Positions 30,210 to 40,758 of a DNA stretch of 64,000 bases are shown in pieces. Within the stretch, counting starts at the first letter, position 1, and each line of letters opens with the position of its first letter. The stretch lies in IMG/VR virus record IMGVR_UViG_3300021254_000029, positions 1-64,000 of that record; one strand, 5' to 3'. A program made the position numbers and the translations under genes. Below the pieces are notes generated by a model. The model was not told where the DNA came from, made no database searches, and saw only the letters and a program-made list of their open reading frames with translations. This DNA comes from a virus (taxonomy: Duplodnaviria > Caudoviricetes).

Positions 30210-30684
30210 GTGTGGTGTGGGTTGTCTGGTCAATGATTTCATCCTCCCAGCTGCGGTTGCGTAAGAAGGTGTCGGGGTTCTTGCGGTAGCGTTTGTCGGG
30301 CTGCGCGGCCTTGTAGGCAGGGATGTAAGCCAAGGCCGCTGCACGGTCGCGCTTAGAGAGGCGCGCCCACAGCGCTTCGGCTTTCCTGCGGGCCACCGCC
30401 TTGTCGTAAGATTCCCAAAATTTGTCGAAAGCGATGACGTCGGGACTTGCCGGTTTGGGTTTATCACGCCCCCCGTTTTCCCCGAAATAAAGAGGTTCTA
30501 AACGTTCCATTCCCGTAAGTTCGGCTCCATTCAATATCTTTCTTACGCAATTCAGCGAACCTCTTACGTTCCTGTCGAAACAAGTCTCTTGTTTCTTTTC
30601 GCGGATGTTATATGCCATACAAAGGGTGTTTTCAATATTTTCCAAAACCCAAAGTGGCACTAATAAATGCTGTTCACCTTCCAT
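30079..30684 (-). CDS. replication-initiator-like C-terminal domain protein
   Basis: FDKFWESY...KAEALW.RL...P.TFLR..SWEDE. Confidence 0.55.
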   Translation of the reverse strand: MEGEQHLLVPLWVLENIENTLCMAYNIREKKQETCFDRNVRGSLNCVRKILNGAELTGMERLEPLYFGENGGRDKPKPASPDVIAFDKFWESYDKAVARRKAEALWARLSKRDRAAALAYIPAYKAAQPDKRYRKNPDTFLRNRSWEDEIIDQTTHTTHATLPHSATFMAETNKAEVRELSRIATAGAAALAGLVGGCEDE

Positions 30685-30711
30685 ATATTACTTTTCCTTA
30701 TTATTATCGTT

Positions 30712-31176
30712 TTAGTATGTAATCACTTCCACCCGCTCTGCCTTACGCCACAGCCGCCACCACACGCGCTTGCGGGTGAGAAGGAGGGTGTAGATGAGGT
30801 CGTGCGGTGCATCTTCCTTCACAACATGGAGGGCAAAGGGATAGCCCATACATTCCTTTAGCTCAGAGGTAGGGATGGGCGGGGCTGTTACGCCTTCATC
30901 GCTTATCTCTGCGGGGTATTTTGCACCTACACTGACGGCTGAGAGATAGGCGGTGTAGGCTCGAATGTGGCGGGCGGTGTCGAGGATGCGGGTGTCGGCG
31001 AAAAGGCCGCCGACCTCCGTGTCCATAGGTACAACTCCAGCAATGGTGCATAGTGACGCACGGGTAATGTATGCCTCGTGCTTGTCGGGCTTCACCTCCA
31101 AGTAGCCTTTCTGTTCGTAGGTGTGCAGCAGCTCGAAGTAGTCGAGCCAGGGCTGCAAAGATTTTCTTTTGCTCAT
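30712..31176 (-). CDS. hypothetical protein
   Basis: 154-aa ORF. Confidence 0.6.
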   Translation of the reverse strand: MSKRKSLQPWLDYFELLHTYEQKGYLEVKPDKHEAYITRASLCTIAGVVPMDTEVGGLFADTRILDTARHIRAYTAYLSAVSVGAKYPAEISDEGVTAPPIPTSELKECMGYPFALHVVKEDAPHDLIYTLLLTRKRVWWRLWRKAERVEVITY

Positions 31177-31226
31177 AGGTGTCTGATAATTCCGATTACT
31201 CTGAGTACTCAGATTGCTCCGATTTC

Positions 31227-31493
31227 TTAGAAGGGTAGGTCATTGTCCTGCTGCTGCCCGAGCTGGTCGGCGGCAATGGGCTGTCCTTCGGGTTGCATCT
31301 CGCGGAACACGTCGCACAGACGGCTGATGTATTCCTCTGGCGACTGCTCCAGTCCTATCTGTCCATCCATGCAATAGTCGCGCAGGGCGAAGTAGGGCGG
31401 GGATGTCACCACGCAGTCCACCATCCCGTCGGGAATCATCTTCATGCCTTCCAGACAGTCCATGTTGTAAATCTGATCGAGCTCAATCTTCAT
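31227..31493 (-). pseudogene. truncated N4/N6 DNA methyltransferase fused to SSB-like acidic tail
   Basis: DCLEGM...VVTSPPY, then abruptly QQQDNDLPF*. Confidence 0.7.
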
Positions 31494-31503
31494 CGAAGTC
31501 GTT

Positions 31504-32892
31504 TTACTGTTTGTTTTTCTCCGTCTTGCGGCGCTGGACGCGCTCGTGTTGCAAGGCTTTCTTGGTGATGCCTTTTGGGCGGTGCTGTTCGAGGTGGTGG
31601 CGCAGGGCCACGACGTCGTACATGAGGGCAGCCTCGTGCTCGCCGTACTGGATATCAGCCACGGAACGCTCCACTTTCTCTGGCGACCAGTCGGGGTGCA
31701 GCTTGGCCATCGCGTCGCGCTCGATGTCGTAGGCACGGCGACATTCGGCCTCATGCTTCGCCCAATCGTCTTCGAGGCCGGTGGTGATGTCGAGCCAGAG
31801 GGCTACAGGAGACTCACACGATTTACCCTTTACCATTTGCTCGAATCTCTCCGCAGCGCTCTGTGCCGCCTTGCACTCGCCGCACTTCTCGCTTTGCAGT
31901 TTCCACTCGTGGGCCGCTTCGAGAGTGTGGTCGCGACCGTTGTCATCGAGCCAGTCGAGGTAGTCCTGCTCGATGGCATCGAAGTCTGCCCATGCCTTCG
32001 GCTCGGTAGCCCGCCGGATGAAGTCGGTGCGGTTGGCGCGGTTCAGGATGATGACGCTGGCCTGACCGACGGGCGAGAGTTCCTTGTCGGCCATAAGCTG
32101 CCCGCTGTCCGGCAGGGAGATGCCCAGATGGCCGTAGAAGAGGTTGGCAGCACGACTGATGGCCAGGCGCAGCGGACGGGTGCGGGCGAAACGACGGTGC
32201 GACAGCTCGCGATGGAGCTTGGGATCGGACTTCGCCAGGCGGGCGTGCAGGCGGTTGTCGGCGACGGCCAGCAGGTGCAGCGGCGTATGCTTGCCCGCAT
32301 CGGCAGTGTCGGCACTGGGCGCGGGCAGGTTCAGGATGTCGGCAAAGAGCGGGTCGATGTCGATGAGCGAGCGCGAGTAGCAGTCCACGTTGATGTCGAT
32401 GAGTCGCACGAGGCAGGTGCAGAGGTAGAGGTCGTAAAGCGGTTCGGGCAGGTCGATGCCCTGCTTCAGGAGGTAGTTGCGCAGGGTGTAGTGCAGGATG
32501 GTGAAGTCGTGCTCGATGCCCTGCTGCTTGTAGCGGCTGATGGCCTCGCGCACAGCAGGTGCAGGCCACCACTCGTCATAGGTCTGCGGCGCGCAGTGGC
32601 GGCGCAGGTCGGTGGCGAAGCGCTCCACTTCGCGCAGAGCTTTCTTCCCCTCGCGCACAGCGAGTGCGGCGTGTTGGGGGAAGTTCTCGCGGTCGAAGAA
32701 GCGCCCGATGATGTCGTCTACGTAGGACATCATCGTCAGCGTGAAGATGCCGACGCTGCGCGTACAGAGGTCTAAGAACGACATCCAGCGATCCAGTGTT
32801 GCATTGATGCGGTCGGTGTAGTTCTTGTCGGACTGCCGCTGTGCCGCGATGGCTGCGTGCAAAGTGCCGACGGTTGTTGTGTTATCAGTCAT
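31504..32892 (-). CDS. hypothetical protein
   Basis: 462 aa, co-oriented with the operon. Confidence 0.7.
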   Translation of the reverse strand: MTDNTTTVGTLHAAIAAQRQSDKNYTDRINATLDRWMSFLDLCTRSVGIFTLTMMSYVDDIIGRFFDRENFPQHAALAVREGKKALREVERFATDLRRHCAPQTYDEWWPAPAVREAISRYKQQGIEHDFTILHYTLRNYLLKQGIDLPEPLYDLYLCTCLVRLIDINVDCYSRSLIDIDPLFADILNLPAPSADTADAGKHTPLHLLAVADNRLHARLAKSDPKLHRELSHRRFARTRPLRLAISRAANLFYGHLGISLPDSGQLMADKELSPVGQASVIILNRANRTDFIRRATEPKAWADFDAIEQDYLDWLDDNGRDHTLEAAHEWKLQSEKCGECKAAQSAAERFEQMVKGKSCESPVALWLDITTGLEDDWAKHEAECRRAYDIERDAMAKLHPDWSPEKVERSVADIQYGEHEAALMYDVVALRHHLEQHRPKGITKKALQHERVQRRKTEKNKQ

Positions 32893-33222
32893 TCTTCAGT
32901 TCTTTATAGATTTTTTCCAACTCTTTGTCGCTGGCGCGCTGGTTCTGCTTCAGCACTTCGAGGAAGCGGTCCCGTCCGAGGCGACGGTAGTGCTTCACGA
33001 AGTCCAGACGCACGAGGTCGGCAGGTTCTCCGGTTCGATGGCCTTCTCACGGCCAGCCTTGTCCGCTAAGGCGGAACACTCGAAGATGTCCTTGCCTTCC
33101 TTGTTGACGATGACATAGACGTGTCCGTCCACTTTGATTTGTCCGTAGTACCGGGCGATGCTGAATGGGCTGTTGGCCCAATACTCCTCGGCCATACAGA
33201 TAGGTACGAATGTAGTGTCCAT
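32885..33222 (-). pseudogene. frameshifted hypothetical gene
   Basis: One missing base near 33032 (GAACCG|GAGAA); restored frame reads EPGEPADLVRLDF...KELKND* and overlaps the next start. Confidence 0.6.
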
Positions 33223-33243
33223 TGTTGTTTTGTTTTTTAGGTG

Positions 33244-33534
33244 CTACCATCCCTCTCCGAACACCCCATCAAGCGGGTCGTTATCCTCGTCTTGAGTAGT
33301 TGGTGGTGGCGCTGGTTCGCACATAAAAGCGGGTAACCAGGCTTTGGCTGGGCGCCCTGGCATGTCGGCGAAGTTCAGCATCAGAAAGGCATGACGGGTG
33401 CCAATGCACTCGCCTATGCGGTTGCCATACTTCTCCGCCAACTTGCGTATAGCCTTGAAAAATTCATATTTATCCTCATAGCCATATTCATGGTGTGGAG
33501 GTATATTGGGATGAGATGTAATGCGGTAGAACAC
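33244..33534 (-). CDS. hypothetical protein
   Basis: 96-aa ORF. Confidence 0.6.
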   Translation of the reverse strand: MFYRITSHPNIPPHHEYGYEDKYEFFKAIRKLAEKYGNRIGECIGTRHAFLMLNFADMPGRPAKAWLPAFMCEPAPPPTTQDEDNDPLDGVFGEGW

Positions 33535-33576
33535 GATTTACGATTTACTATTTGACGATTTACAATTTACAATGAT

Positions 33577-34731
33577 TTAGTCATTCAGCATCATTGGCAT
33601 GACGAGGATGAGAACTGCAGTGTTCGGGTCCTGTTCAGCGGGCGTGAAGATCATTGCTCGGTTCGGTTCACTGAGAATAATGCAGATTTCCTTCGGCAGA
33701 CGTGTAAGCACATCGAGGAGTAGGCTCCCCTTTGCGCCGATGGAAAAGCTCTTTGGCCCGTTGAAGGTAGCGCGAATCGTTTCCTCGCCACTTGTGGCAA
33801 AATCCACATCGCTGGCTTCCAACCTCAGTGCTTCTGCAGTCAGTGTGAGACGCACGAGAGCACTGTTTCGGTCGCTGAATGCCAAGACGCGGCGGATGGC
33901 CGGCACGAGTTCGGCAGCGTTTACGTTGGCTATGTAGGGACTGTTTTTTGGAATGACGCTGTTGTAGTTTGGGTAGCGCCCGTCGATGAGTCGTGCATGC
34001 AGTTCAAGTCCGTCAGCGTGAACGAAAAGCTGCTGCTCAGTAAATTCCATGCTTACTACACCACTGGCCTTGAATAATTGTCCACGTAGGATATTGGCGG
34101 TTTTCTTGGGCATAATCAAGGTGGCGTCACGCGCTGGCAATTTCACATCGTTGTCGATGGTGCTACGACGCACGAGAACTCTTCCGTTAGTCCCCACACA
34201 GGTCATGCTCTCAGGCGTAAGGTCGAAGAAAATTCCCGTCATCACGGGGCGTATCTCGTCGTCGGCCACGGCAAACAGCGTGCCTTCAATCTCCCCAAGC
34301 AACCGCGAGGCTGGCAGCGTCAGTGTGTCGCCGTTCTCGCCCAAGGCGGGGGGGGCTGGATACTCGCTTGCGTGCTCTCCAACAATGTCAAAATGCCCAT
34401 TGGCGTAGTCCCCACGGATTTCCATCGTCGCCATGTTGATGGCGAGCGTGACGGGCTGCGACGGTATTTCCTTCAGCGCATCTATAATCAACTTAGCCTT
34501 GACGCAAAAACGGCGTTGTTCAGTCTCATCGTCGGGCTTGAAGTTCGCAAGTGGGCACGAGAGAGTCAAGGTGTTCTCGGCATCACTGGCCGTAATTCCA
34601 AGCGCCTGATCCTCAGCTTTCACTTCAATAAGGAAGCAGTCGAGGATGGGCAAAGAGTTCTTGGAGTTCAGCACGCGTCCAGCCGCTGACAGTTGCTGCG
34701 CGAGGGCAGCGGAATCAAATGTGATTTGCAT
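33577..34731 (-). CDS. dnaN: DNA polymerase III beta sliding clamp
   Basis: LPILDCFLI, RPVMTGIFF, RLIDGRYPNYNSVIP, LVMPM; 384 aa full length. Confidence 0.95.
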   Translation of the reverse strand: MQITFDSAALAQQLSAAGRVLNSKNSLPILDCFLIEVKAEDQALGITASDAENTLTLSCPLANFKPDDETEQRRFCVKAKLIIDALKEIPSQPVTLAINMATMEIRGDYANGHFDIVGEHASEYPAPPALGENGDTLTLPASRLLGEIEGTLFAVADDEIRPVMTGIFFDLTPESMTCVGTNGRVLVRRSTIDNDVKLPARDATLIMPKKTANILRGQLFKASGVVSMEFTEQQLFVHADGLELHARLIDGRYPNYNSVIPKNSPYIANVNAAELVPAIRRVLAFSDRNSALVRLTLTAEALRLEASDVDFATSGEETIRATFNGPKSFSIGAKGSLLLDVLTRLPKEICIILSEPNRAMIFTPAEQDPNTAVLILVMPMMLND

Positions 34732-34735
34732 ATTA

Positions 34736-35833
34736 TTAATTTCTTTTAATTTTAGTTCTCATCTGTTCAATCTCCTTCGCCTTCTTGGCCATGCGATTAA
34801 GAATGCTCAAAATGAAAGGGAGGTTTGCCTCGTAGACCTGCTTCGGGTCGGTGAATCCTCCTTCGTCCATAACGGCTACGATGGTGTCTGACTCACCAGT
34901 GAGGGCAGTGTGCAGCGGATTGTGTTTCGCTGGTCCTCCGAAGAGGTCTGGGAAAACCGCCTCGTAAAACTGCATCGCAGTCTGATAAGCTTGAAAACAA
35001 ATGTGGTAGAGCGCAAAGGCACTTGGATTACTCCGACTTCTCCAATCACTTCGCTCCAGTTGCTTCTCCCACCACTTCGCCAGCCAGTCTGCACGGTCAG
35101 CATCATAGCGATATTCCCAATGCAACCTGAAGCGGATACTACCGCCAGAGGTGTCGAAGAGGGCAAGTGAACGTGGGGTGAGTGCGGTGGCGAGAAACTG
35201 TGCCTGCAAGCGCTCGGTGACGCCTTCTTGGAATATCTGTGCCACGATGCCTTGCAGTTGCCGGTATTGATACCAAGTAAGGTTGTTAAGCGCCACCTGT
35301 GGCAGGGCAAAATATCTCTTACGCCACGGCAGGAAGCGCGAGGTGCAAATCACGACGTTCTCCTGTGGCATAGCCAGCGCATCTCGCCATTCTCCCACGG
35401 GATTGACGTAGCCTGGGTGCGGATCACGACGCTCCTTCACAACCTCACCCTGCTCATTCTTCTCTTCCTTATCGCCCATGTCGCCGTATGGGAAGTCGAA
35501 CCACGGCAGTGCCTGCTTCGCCATTTGCGACAGCTCGCGCGCCGTGGTGGCAAATTGTCTCCAAGAGGGGGTGTGAAGAGTATAGAGGACTTCGCCCGTT
35601 CCCTTATGACATTCACATCTATCCATATAGGGTGCAATGTTATGATGGCATACCTCCAACCGGCACAGCGTCAGCAGCGCTGCCACCCGTGCCGCGTCGG
35701 CATTCCCTGCATAACAAGCTTTCACATGCCAGCACTCGCACAACTGCTGCCAAGTGAGTTCACTCCAAGAGTGCGGGAGGGGAGGTAGGGAATCTGTCAT
35801 TACTGTCTTAGTTTTATCTCGTGATCCTGGCAC
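34736..35833 (-). CDS. hypothetical protein
   Basis: LPHSWSELT N-terminus; start may be ~35800. Confidence 0.6.
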   Translation of the reverse strand: MPGSRDKTKTVMTDSLPPLPHSWSELTWQQLCECWHVKACYAGNADAARVAALLTLCRLEVCHHNIAPYMDRCECHKGTGEVLYTLHTPSWRQFATTARELSQMAKQALPWFDFPYGDMGDKEEKNEQGEVVKERRDPHPGYVNPVGEWRDALAMPQENVVICTSRFLPWRKRYFALPQVALNNLTWYQYRQLQGIVAQIFQEGVTERLQAQFLATALTPRSLALFDTSGGSIRFRLHWEYRYDADRADWLAKWWEKQLERSDWRSRSNPSAFALYHICFQAYQTAMQFYEAVFPDLFGGPAKHNPLHTALTGESDTIVAVMDEGGFTDPKQVYEANLPFILSILNRMAKKAKEIEQMRTKIKRN

Positions 35834-35933
35834 GCCTTTGATGCTTGATCACAGCCATCGTTTGCGACAACTTCCTTTGGGAGGATAGGCAGAAAAAGGG
35901 TTAGGTCATCTGCCAGCCATGCGGTAATTGGTC

Positions 35934-36326
35934 TCATCTGTTTGGTTCACTAAGATTATATACATCTACACTTACTTCTACATTCTCTCCAAAACATTCG
36001 TTATGTGTTCGCATGAAATTATGAGCTCTCTCCTCATATTCACCAATGAGTTGTTTCAACTTTTTTGCTTCCTCGAACTTCTCGCATTTGACGAGATGAC
36101 CCAATGCGGCCTTCATCTCCGCAATTTGGTCGAACATGCTCTTCAGGTACAACGCAGATTGCCTTGCTTCCATTCTATGCAGTTCAGCCTTTATGCTCGG
36201 AAGAAGGGTGAAGTAGCAACGGATAGCAAGCCAAGCTGTTGCGGCATAGCCTACAACAGCAGCAACATACATGACAGCAAGTATTATATCCATGGCGTTA
36301 CAATTATCTCGCAGCGAGGGTATCAC
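35934..36326 (-). CDS. membrane-anchored protein with UvrB/C-like coiled-coil motif
   Basis: TM helix; VKCEKFEEAKKLK. Confidence 0.5.
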   Translation of the reverse strand: MIPSLRDNCNAMDIILAVMYVAAVVGYAATAWLAIRCYFTLLPSIKAELHRMEARQSALYLKSMFDQIAEMKAALGHLVKCEKFEEAKKLKQLIGEYEERAHNFMRTHNECFGENVEVSVDVYNLSEPNR

Positions 36327-36753
36327 AGCCTATCACGTCCACAATTTTCGTTTCGCTGAGCTGCACGTTTACCCAGTCACCGAGCGTTCCATTCATGCCA
36401 TCCTCGATGGTGTCGCGTGCATCGTCGAAATCCACAGCCTTCACCATCACCTCTTGCGGCGTACGCTTCTCCTTGCCCGTTTTCTCGTCGATCGTGATAT
36501 ACGCCAGCTTGGCGCGGAACCAGCGGTCGGCATCAGCCTGTTTGCTCTCGAAAATTTCCGCCACCGGCACACGTTTGATAGCCGTCACGTCAAACTCACC
36601 GCTTACATACGGCGCTATATACTCAACGAAGCGAGTCTCGGCTTCCGTGAAATTCGAGGCCAGCACGAGGTATTTTTCACTCACTTTCTTGATCACGCCA
36701 TTTTCTTGAGTCTTGTCGCACCTAACAGTACACTCGTAATACATTTTGTTCAT
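36304..36753 (-). CDS. DUF4494-like protein
   Basis: KKVSEKYLV.A..FTEAE...WFRAKLAYITIDEKTGKEKRT. Confidence 0.8.
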   Translation of the reverse strand: MNKMYYECTVRCDKTQENGVIKKVSEKYLVLASNFTEAETRFVEYIAPYVSGEFDVTAIKRVPVAEIFESKQADADRWFRAKLAYITIDEKTGKEKRTPQEVMVKAVDFDDARDTIEDGMNGTLGDWVNVQLSETKIVDVIGCDTLAAR

Positions 36754-36786
36754 TTTAGTACTCTTTTATATTAAACATAACTCTTG

Positions 36787-37179
36787 TTAGTTGATTTTTC
36801 TTTCTCGCATTTTCCGTCGTATAATAGAATCTTCTTCCCTACGGCGCCGTTCTTCAACGATATGCTCGTAGAACTCGCGATGACAGGCAATATCCTCTTT
36901 GCTTAATTTAAGCAGTTGCTGAATGGCAGCCTTTTGCTTTGACGACATTTCAGAGGTTATTGGGATGTCTTCAATACACTCATTGAGCAGCCGAATGATA
37001 TTCGACTTACGCCATGCGGTTCTAACGCCCCATCCACGAACCCTCTCAATCTCTTTTTTACAAGCACGCCAATAAGCAGTGTTAGCAGCCCCCTTAGAGG
37101 GCCCTTTATATATCCACACAACCCGTCCTGTCAAACATGATCTTCGGATTACGATTACTTGTTTATTTTTGCCAGACAT
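36787..37179 (-). CDS. hypothetical protein
   Basis: 130-aa basic ORF. Confidence 0.55.
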   Translation of the reverse strand: MSGKNKQVIVIRRSCLTGRVVWIYKGPSKGAANTAYWRACKKEIERVRGWGVRTAWRKSNIIRLLNECIEDIPITSEMSSKQKAAIQQLLKLSKEDIACHREFYEHIVEERRRREEDSIIRRKMRERKIN

Positions 37180-37200
37180 ACTTTATTCTTTTTTGGGGCA

Positions 37201-40200
37201 TTACTCGCCTCCCTCCTCGGGATCTTTCTCGGGTGCAGCCTGAACCCAATCCTCATCACCTTCATGAGAAGGGTCAAAGAAGTGGCGTGGGACGTAGCCT
37301 TTCCGGTAGAAGTAATACACTCGCGTACTGTTGCGCAGTTCGCGCGGCTTCCGTTCACCACTTTTTTCGTCGATGGCTATGCTGTAGCCGTCAGGGCCCT
37401 TTGGGTGTTGCCACGCCGCACACTGACGAAAACCACGTTCCCTGTCAGTTGGTGTCAGCAGCACAACAGGCGGATCCACGACGTAGATGCTTGTCTTGAT
37501 GTAGTCCGCCAGGTTGTCGCGGATGCGCTTGTAGGCAGCCTTCAGGGTCTTCTCGCCCACGGTGATTCCGCAGTAGTCGAGCAGGCTTATGGCAAGCTCT
37601 CGCTGTGCGATGGGCGTACCGAGATGTCGTTTGTCGGCGAGGTACTGGGCTATCCACAAAGTGAATTGCTCGTCCTTGCTTGCAGCCAGTGCCTGACGTA
37701 GCAGGGCACGGCTGTCACGTGGCGGCCGCAGGGTCTCGTCGGGCAGCTGGAAGAAAAGCTGCGCACAGCCGAGCAGGAGGTTTCTGGCCTCGTTGAGCAT
37801 GGCGGCAGGCAGGTTGCGCGACACTTCCTTGATGTGGTAGTCCTTGCGGAAATCGTCGGCGGGCGTGTGGGCTGGCCGGCTGCCGTCCATGCTTCGGGGA
37901 TGATACCAGTCGCCCACGAGGATCTGATAGATACGTCGGCTCGTAGAGTCGCTGCTGAGGTCGAGTTGCTCGTTGCTGGCCACCACAAACTTCGGCAGGT
38001 CGTCGCCAGTCAGACGGACGGAGCCGTGATACAACCCACGCGAGGTGACACCCAGCGGCATATTGTACATCTTCTTCGGCGAGAAACCTGCGGGCAACTC
38101 GTCCAGACAGACCACGTTGTGCAACCCCGGCACAATCTTCCCGAGTTCCTGCTCCAGGATGATGTTCGACCCTTCCAATGCCTTGCCGTCGATGGTGAGG
38201 GAACAACGCACGAGCGAGAGCATTTCCAAGATGGCTGTCTTACCCGTGCCGCCCGACGCCAAATCCTCTCGCCGTGTGCCGTTGTCCGTGATGTGGATGA
38301 ACTGCTGACGGTTGGCGGAACGGTGCCTTACCAATGCCGAACCGAGGGCATGGAGCATGGCGATGAAGTACATATCCTGCACCTGCTTCTCCGTCTTCGT
38401 CAGTTCCTGCGTCTGCTCCTTCTCCCAGAAGATGCGACAGGTGTTATAGAGGAAGCGGAAGTGCATGGGCATTTCGTCTATGGGTTTGTCCGTCACCAAA
38501 CGGTATTTCCACAGCGCCTCCCACTGGTCCCAGCGCATATTCTCCTGCGCCCGCTCTTCTTGAGTCTTGGCGGTCTGCAATATCTCTTCGTGCTTGATGC
38601 GCTCCGGCTCGTAGAAGGGATTAACCTCCACGCGCCACGCTTGCGGCACAACCTCGAACTTGCCGTCGAGGATGGCATCGGCGCTCGTCCACCACTTCAT
38701 GCTGCTGTACGGCACCTTCTCTATCTTGTCGGCTGTAACCTTCACTGCCGTATTCTTGAAGAAGAAGTGGTCGAAGTCCTCGCCGAAACTCTTGTCGTTG
38801 AAATCCACTGTTTCGATACTTTCCATAACGTTCTGTTCCATCTTTGCTGAAAAAATAGCGCGTGAGAGCGCGCCCTTCTCGTCGTTGTATTCTTTGTGTG
38901 CCCTGAGCCATTCCGCCATGAGGTCACGGCTCTGCGCCACGAGTTTGTTACTGCCTTTCTGTCCTGTGAACAACTCACAGAACGTGTGGTCGTTGCCCAA
39001 CAGGAAGAAGCGTGAATAGGAGTCATCGCCCTGCTCCACATATTTCCTCACCATACCCCTCGCGCGGAGGAACACGGGTGTATTGCGCAGGTCGAACTTA
39101 TATCTGTTTCTCGGCGAACCATCCTTGTCCTTGCGCTCACTCTCGTACTGCCAGAACTGGCACGTCGGCGTGTCAAAAAGGGCATTGTCGAACCACTCCA
39201 CGGGGTCGTCGTGCTGCACGTCGGCGGGCATCAGCCCCTCCACCTCCGCAAAGCGCGTTATGAAGTCCGTGACATCTTTCAGCGGTTTCTGCAGTGTGCC
39301 TTGCGGTTTTCCCGCAAGGACAGTCCCCAGCTCCTTCGGCAGTCTCAGCCACCTCACCTGCGGATTGTTGAGCGCAATAGCCTGGCTTGCCGCCAGTCCC
39401 GTGGCATCCTCGTCATAGCATACATACAAGCCACCTTCCTTCGTCACGCCCAGCAACTTCTTGATGAAAGCCCGGAGCCAGCGGTTGGGTCGCACGTTGC
39501 CGCCCTTCTTGTCAAAACCCGCCTGCTCAGAATGCAACCACACAACATGGGTATTGCTATGACTATACACCGCCATTGCATCCCTCGGACCGCTGCACAG
39601 CACCACGCGCTCGAACTTCACTTTGCCCGTTTCCTTGCCGTCCTTGTCCGTCACCTTTTCGTAGGGATGCCGCTCGTCCACCTCCGGTACGGCACCTTCC
39701 AGCGCATCCGTCAGCCCGGCATCGGCATACCAGCGATGCTCCAAGTCGGCATCCTCCGTGAGGCAATACCACGTCCACTTCGTCTTACCGTAGAAGTCCT
39801 TCGGCTCATATTTCTTTACGCCCCACGCATAGCGGAACATAAAAATGGGATAGTTCTTAGTGGCTCTTACGATGCTCACGTAGTAGCCACCCTTTTCCTT
39901 ATTCTCTTTTCTCCGGATAAACCTCGCCACTGGCTCCACGCCAAACAGCCTTTCCACCTCTGTGCCCCACTGTGCAATGGTCCGCGCTTCGGCTTTCTTC
40001 GGCCCACGGTAGAAGCCCGCTCCAAGCGAGCACCAATACAGTGCCTCGCCCGTGTCGGGGTCGAACTGCGTCAGCAAATCGCCCGGCCTTATCTCCACCG
40101 CAGTGTGCTCGGCGGTTCTTGAAGTATCAAGCGTCCCTTCGGGCCGAGCGTCCCCACCGAGAACGATAGCATCCTTCCGGCTTGCCTTCCTCGTTGCCAA

Positions 40201-40701
40201 CTCCACCCGGAATCCCAGCGCCTTCAGCCCTTCTTCCGTCCACTCTCCACGCTCGAACTGCGGTTCCTTGCCGTCCCACTCAGCATACTGCACCTCCGCC
40301 TGACGAAAAGCATTCCAGCCAATAATCTGTGTTCGCAGCGCGTTGTAGTACGGCTTCTCACCCTCCTCCTCTTCCAATTCCACGTTGCAGCGTGTAGCCA
40401 GCTCCTTCAGCACCCGCTCACGTTCCTCGTCGGGCACCTTACCCGCCGGCAGACCCATCAGCCGTGCAGCTAACTGCACAGCCCCGAAGCCCTCCTCGTG
40501 GCACGCGAAGCACTTGAAGCCAAGGTCCGTCGCCCCCTTCCTCCCCTCCTTGTCAACGATGAACGAAGGTCTATGGTCATCATGCCACGGACACAGGAAC
40601 GATGCCGACTTGTCACCGTCGCGCATCGGCACCCTGCCCCACCCTCTCATCACCTCCACGAGGCTCAGGCTATTTAATATGTCGAAGTTTTCCTTGTTCA
40701 C
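37201..40701 (-). CDS. primase-helicase (CHC2 Zn finger, TOPRIM-like, P-loop NTPase)
   Basis: CPWHDD...CFAC; CYDEDATG; GGTGKT and VCLDE. Confidence 0.85.
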   Translation of the reverse strand: MNKENFDILNSLSLVEVMRGWGRVPMRDGDKSASFLCPWHDDHRPSFIVDKEGRKGATDLGFKCFACHEEGFGAVQLAARLMGLPAGKVPDEERERVLKELATRCNVELEEEEGEKPYYNALRTQIIGWNAFRQAEVQYAEWDGKEPQFERGEWTEEGLKALGFRVELATRKASRKDAIVLGGDARPEGTLDTSRTAEHTAVEIRPGDLLTQFDPDTGEALYWCSLGAGFYRGPKKAEARTIAQWGTEVERLFGVEPVARFIRRKENKEKGGYYVSIVRATKNYPIFMFRYAWGVKKYEPKDFYGKTKWTWYCLTEDADLEHRWYADAGLTDALEGAVPEVDERHPYEKVTDKDGKETGKVKFERVVLCSGPRDAMAVYSHSNTHVVWLHSEQAGFDKKGGNVRPNRWLRAFIKKLLGVTKEGGLYVCYDEDATGLAASQAIALNNPQVRWLRLPKELGTVLAGKPQGTLQKPLKDVTDFITRFAEVEGLMPADVQHDDPVEWFDNALFDTPTCQFWQYESERKDKDGSPRNRYKFDLRNTPVFLRARGMVRKYVEQGDDSYSRFFLLGNDHTFCELFTGQKGSNKLVAQSRDLMAEWLRAHKEYNDEKGALSRAIFSAKMEQNVMESIETVDFNDKSFGEDFDHFFFKNTAVKVTADKIEKVPYSSMKWWTSADAILDGKFEVVPQAWRVEVNPFYEPERIKHEEILQTAKTQEERAQENMRWDQWEALWKYRLVTDKPIDEMPMHFRFLYNTCRIFWEKEQTQELTKTEKQVQDMYFIAMLHALGSALVRHRSANRQQFIHITDNGTRREDLASGGTGKTAILEMLSLVRCSLTIDGKALEGSNIILEQELGKIVPGLHNVVCLDELPAGFSPKKMYNMPLGVTSRGLYHGSVRLTGDDLPKFVVASNEQLDLSSDSTSRRIYQILVGDWYHPRSMDGSRPAHTPADDFRKDYHIKEVSRNLPAAMLNEARNLLLGCAQLFFQLPDETLRPPRDSRALLRQALAASKDEQFTLWIAQYLADKRHLGTPIAQRELAISLLDYCGITVGEKTLKAAYKRIRDNLADYIKTSIYVVDPPVVLLTPTDRERGFRQCAAWQHPKGPDGYSIAIDEKSGERKPRELRNSTRVYYFYRKGYVPRHFFDPSHEGDEDWVQAAPEKDPEEGGE

Positions 40702-40758
40702 AATTCATATCCAGTCTCTTTCACCTTGATTTTATCGCGGGTGAAGTTGATTTTTTCG

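Noticed and set aside
29364-30684. Programmed frameshift joining the two overlapping replication ORFs
   Set aside because: No slippery site seen; an independent ATG at 30209 explains the overlap
31546-32775. Long + strand ORFs (also 37834-38850, 39211-40122, 43990-45147, 49387-50472) and - strand 4060-5079
   Set aside because: Antisense shadows of GC3-biased real genes, with no recognisable motifs
33536-33575. Heptamer/nonamer runs (also ~31190, ~45060, ~51880, ~60670, ~63880) as iterons or CRISPR
   Set aside because: Short degenerate simple repeats without spacers, scattered through the window; no support for an origin
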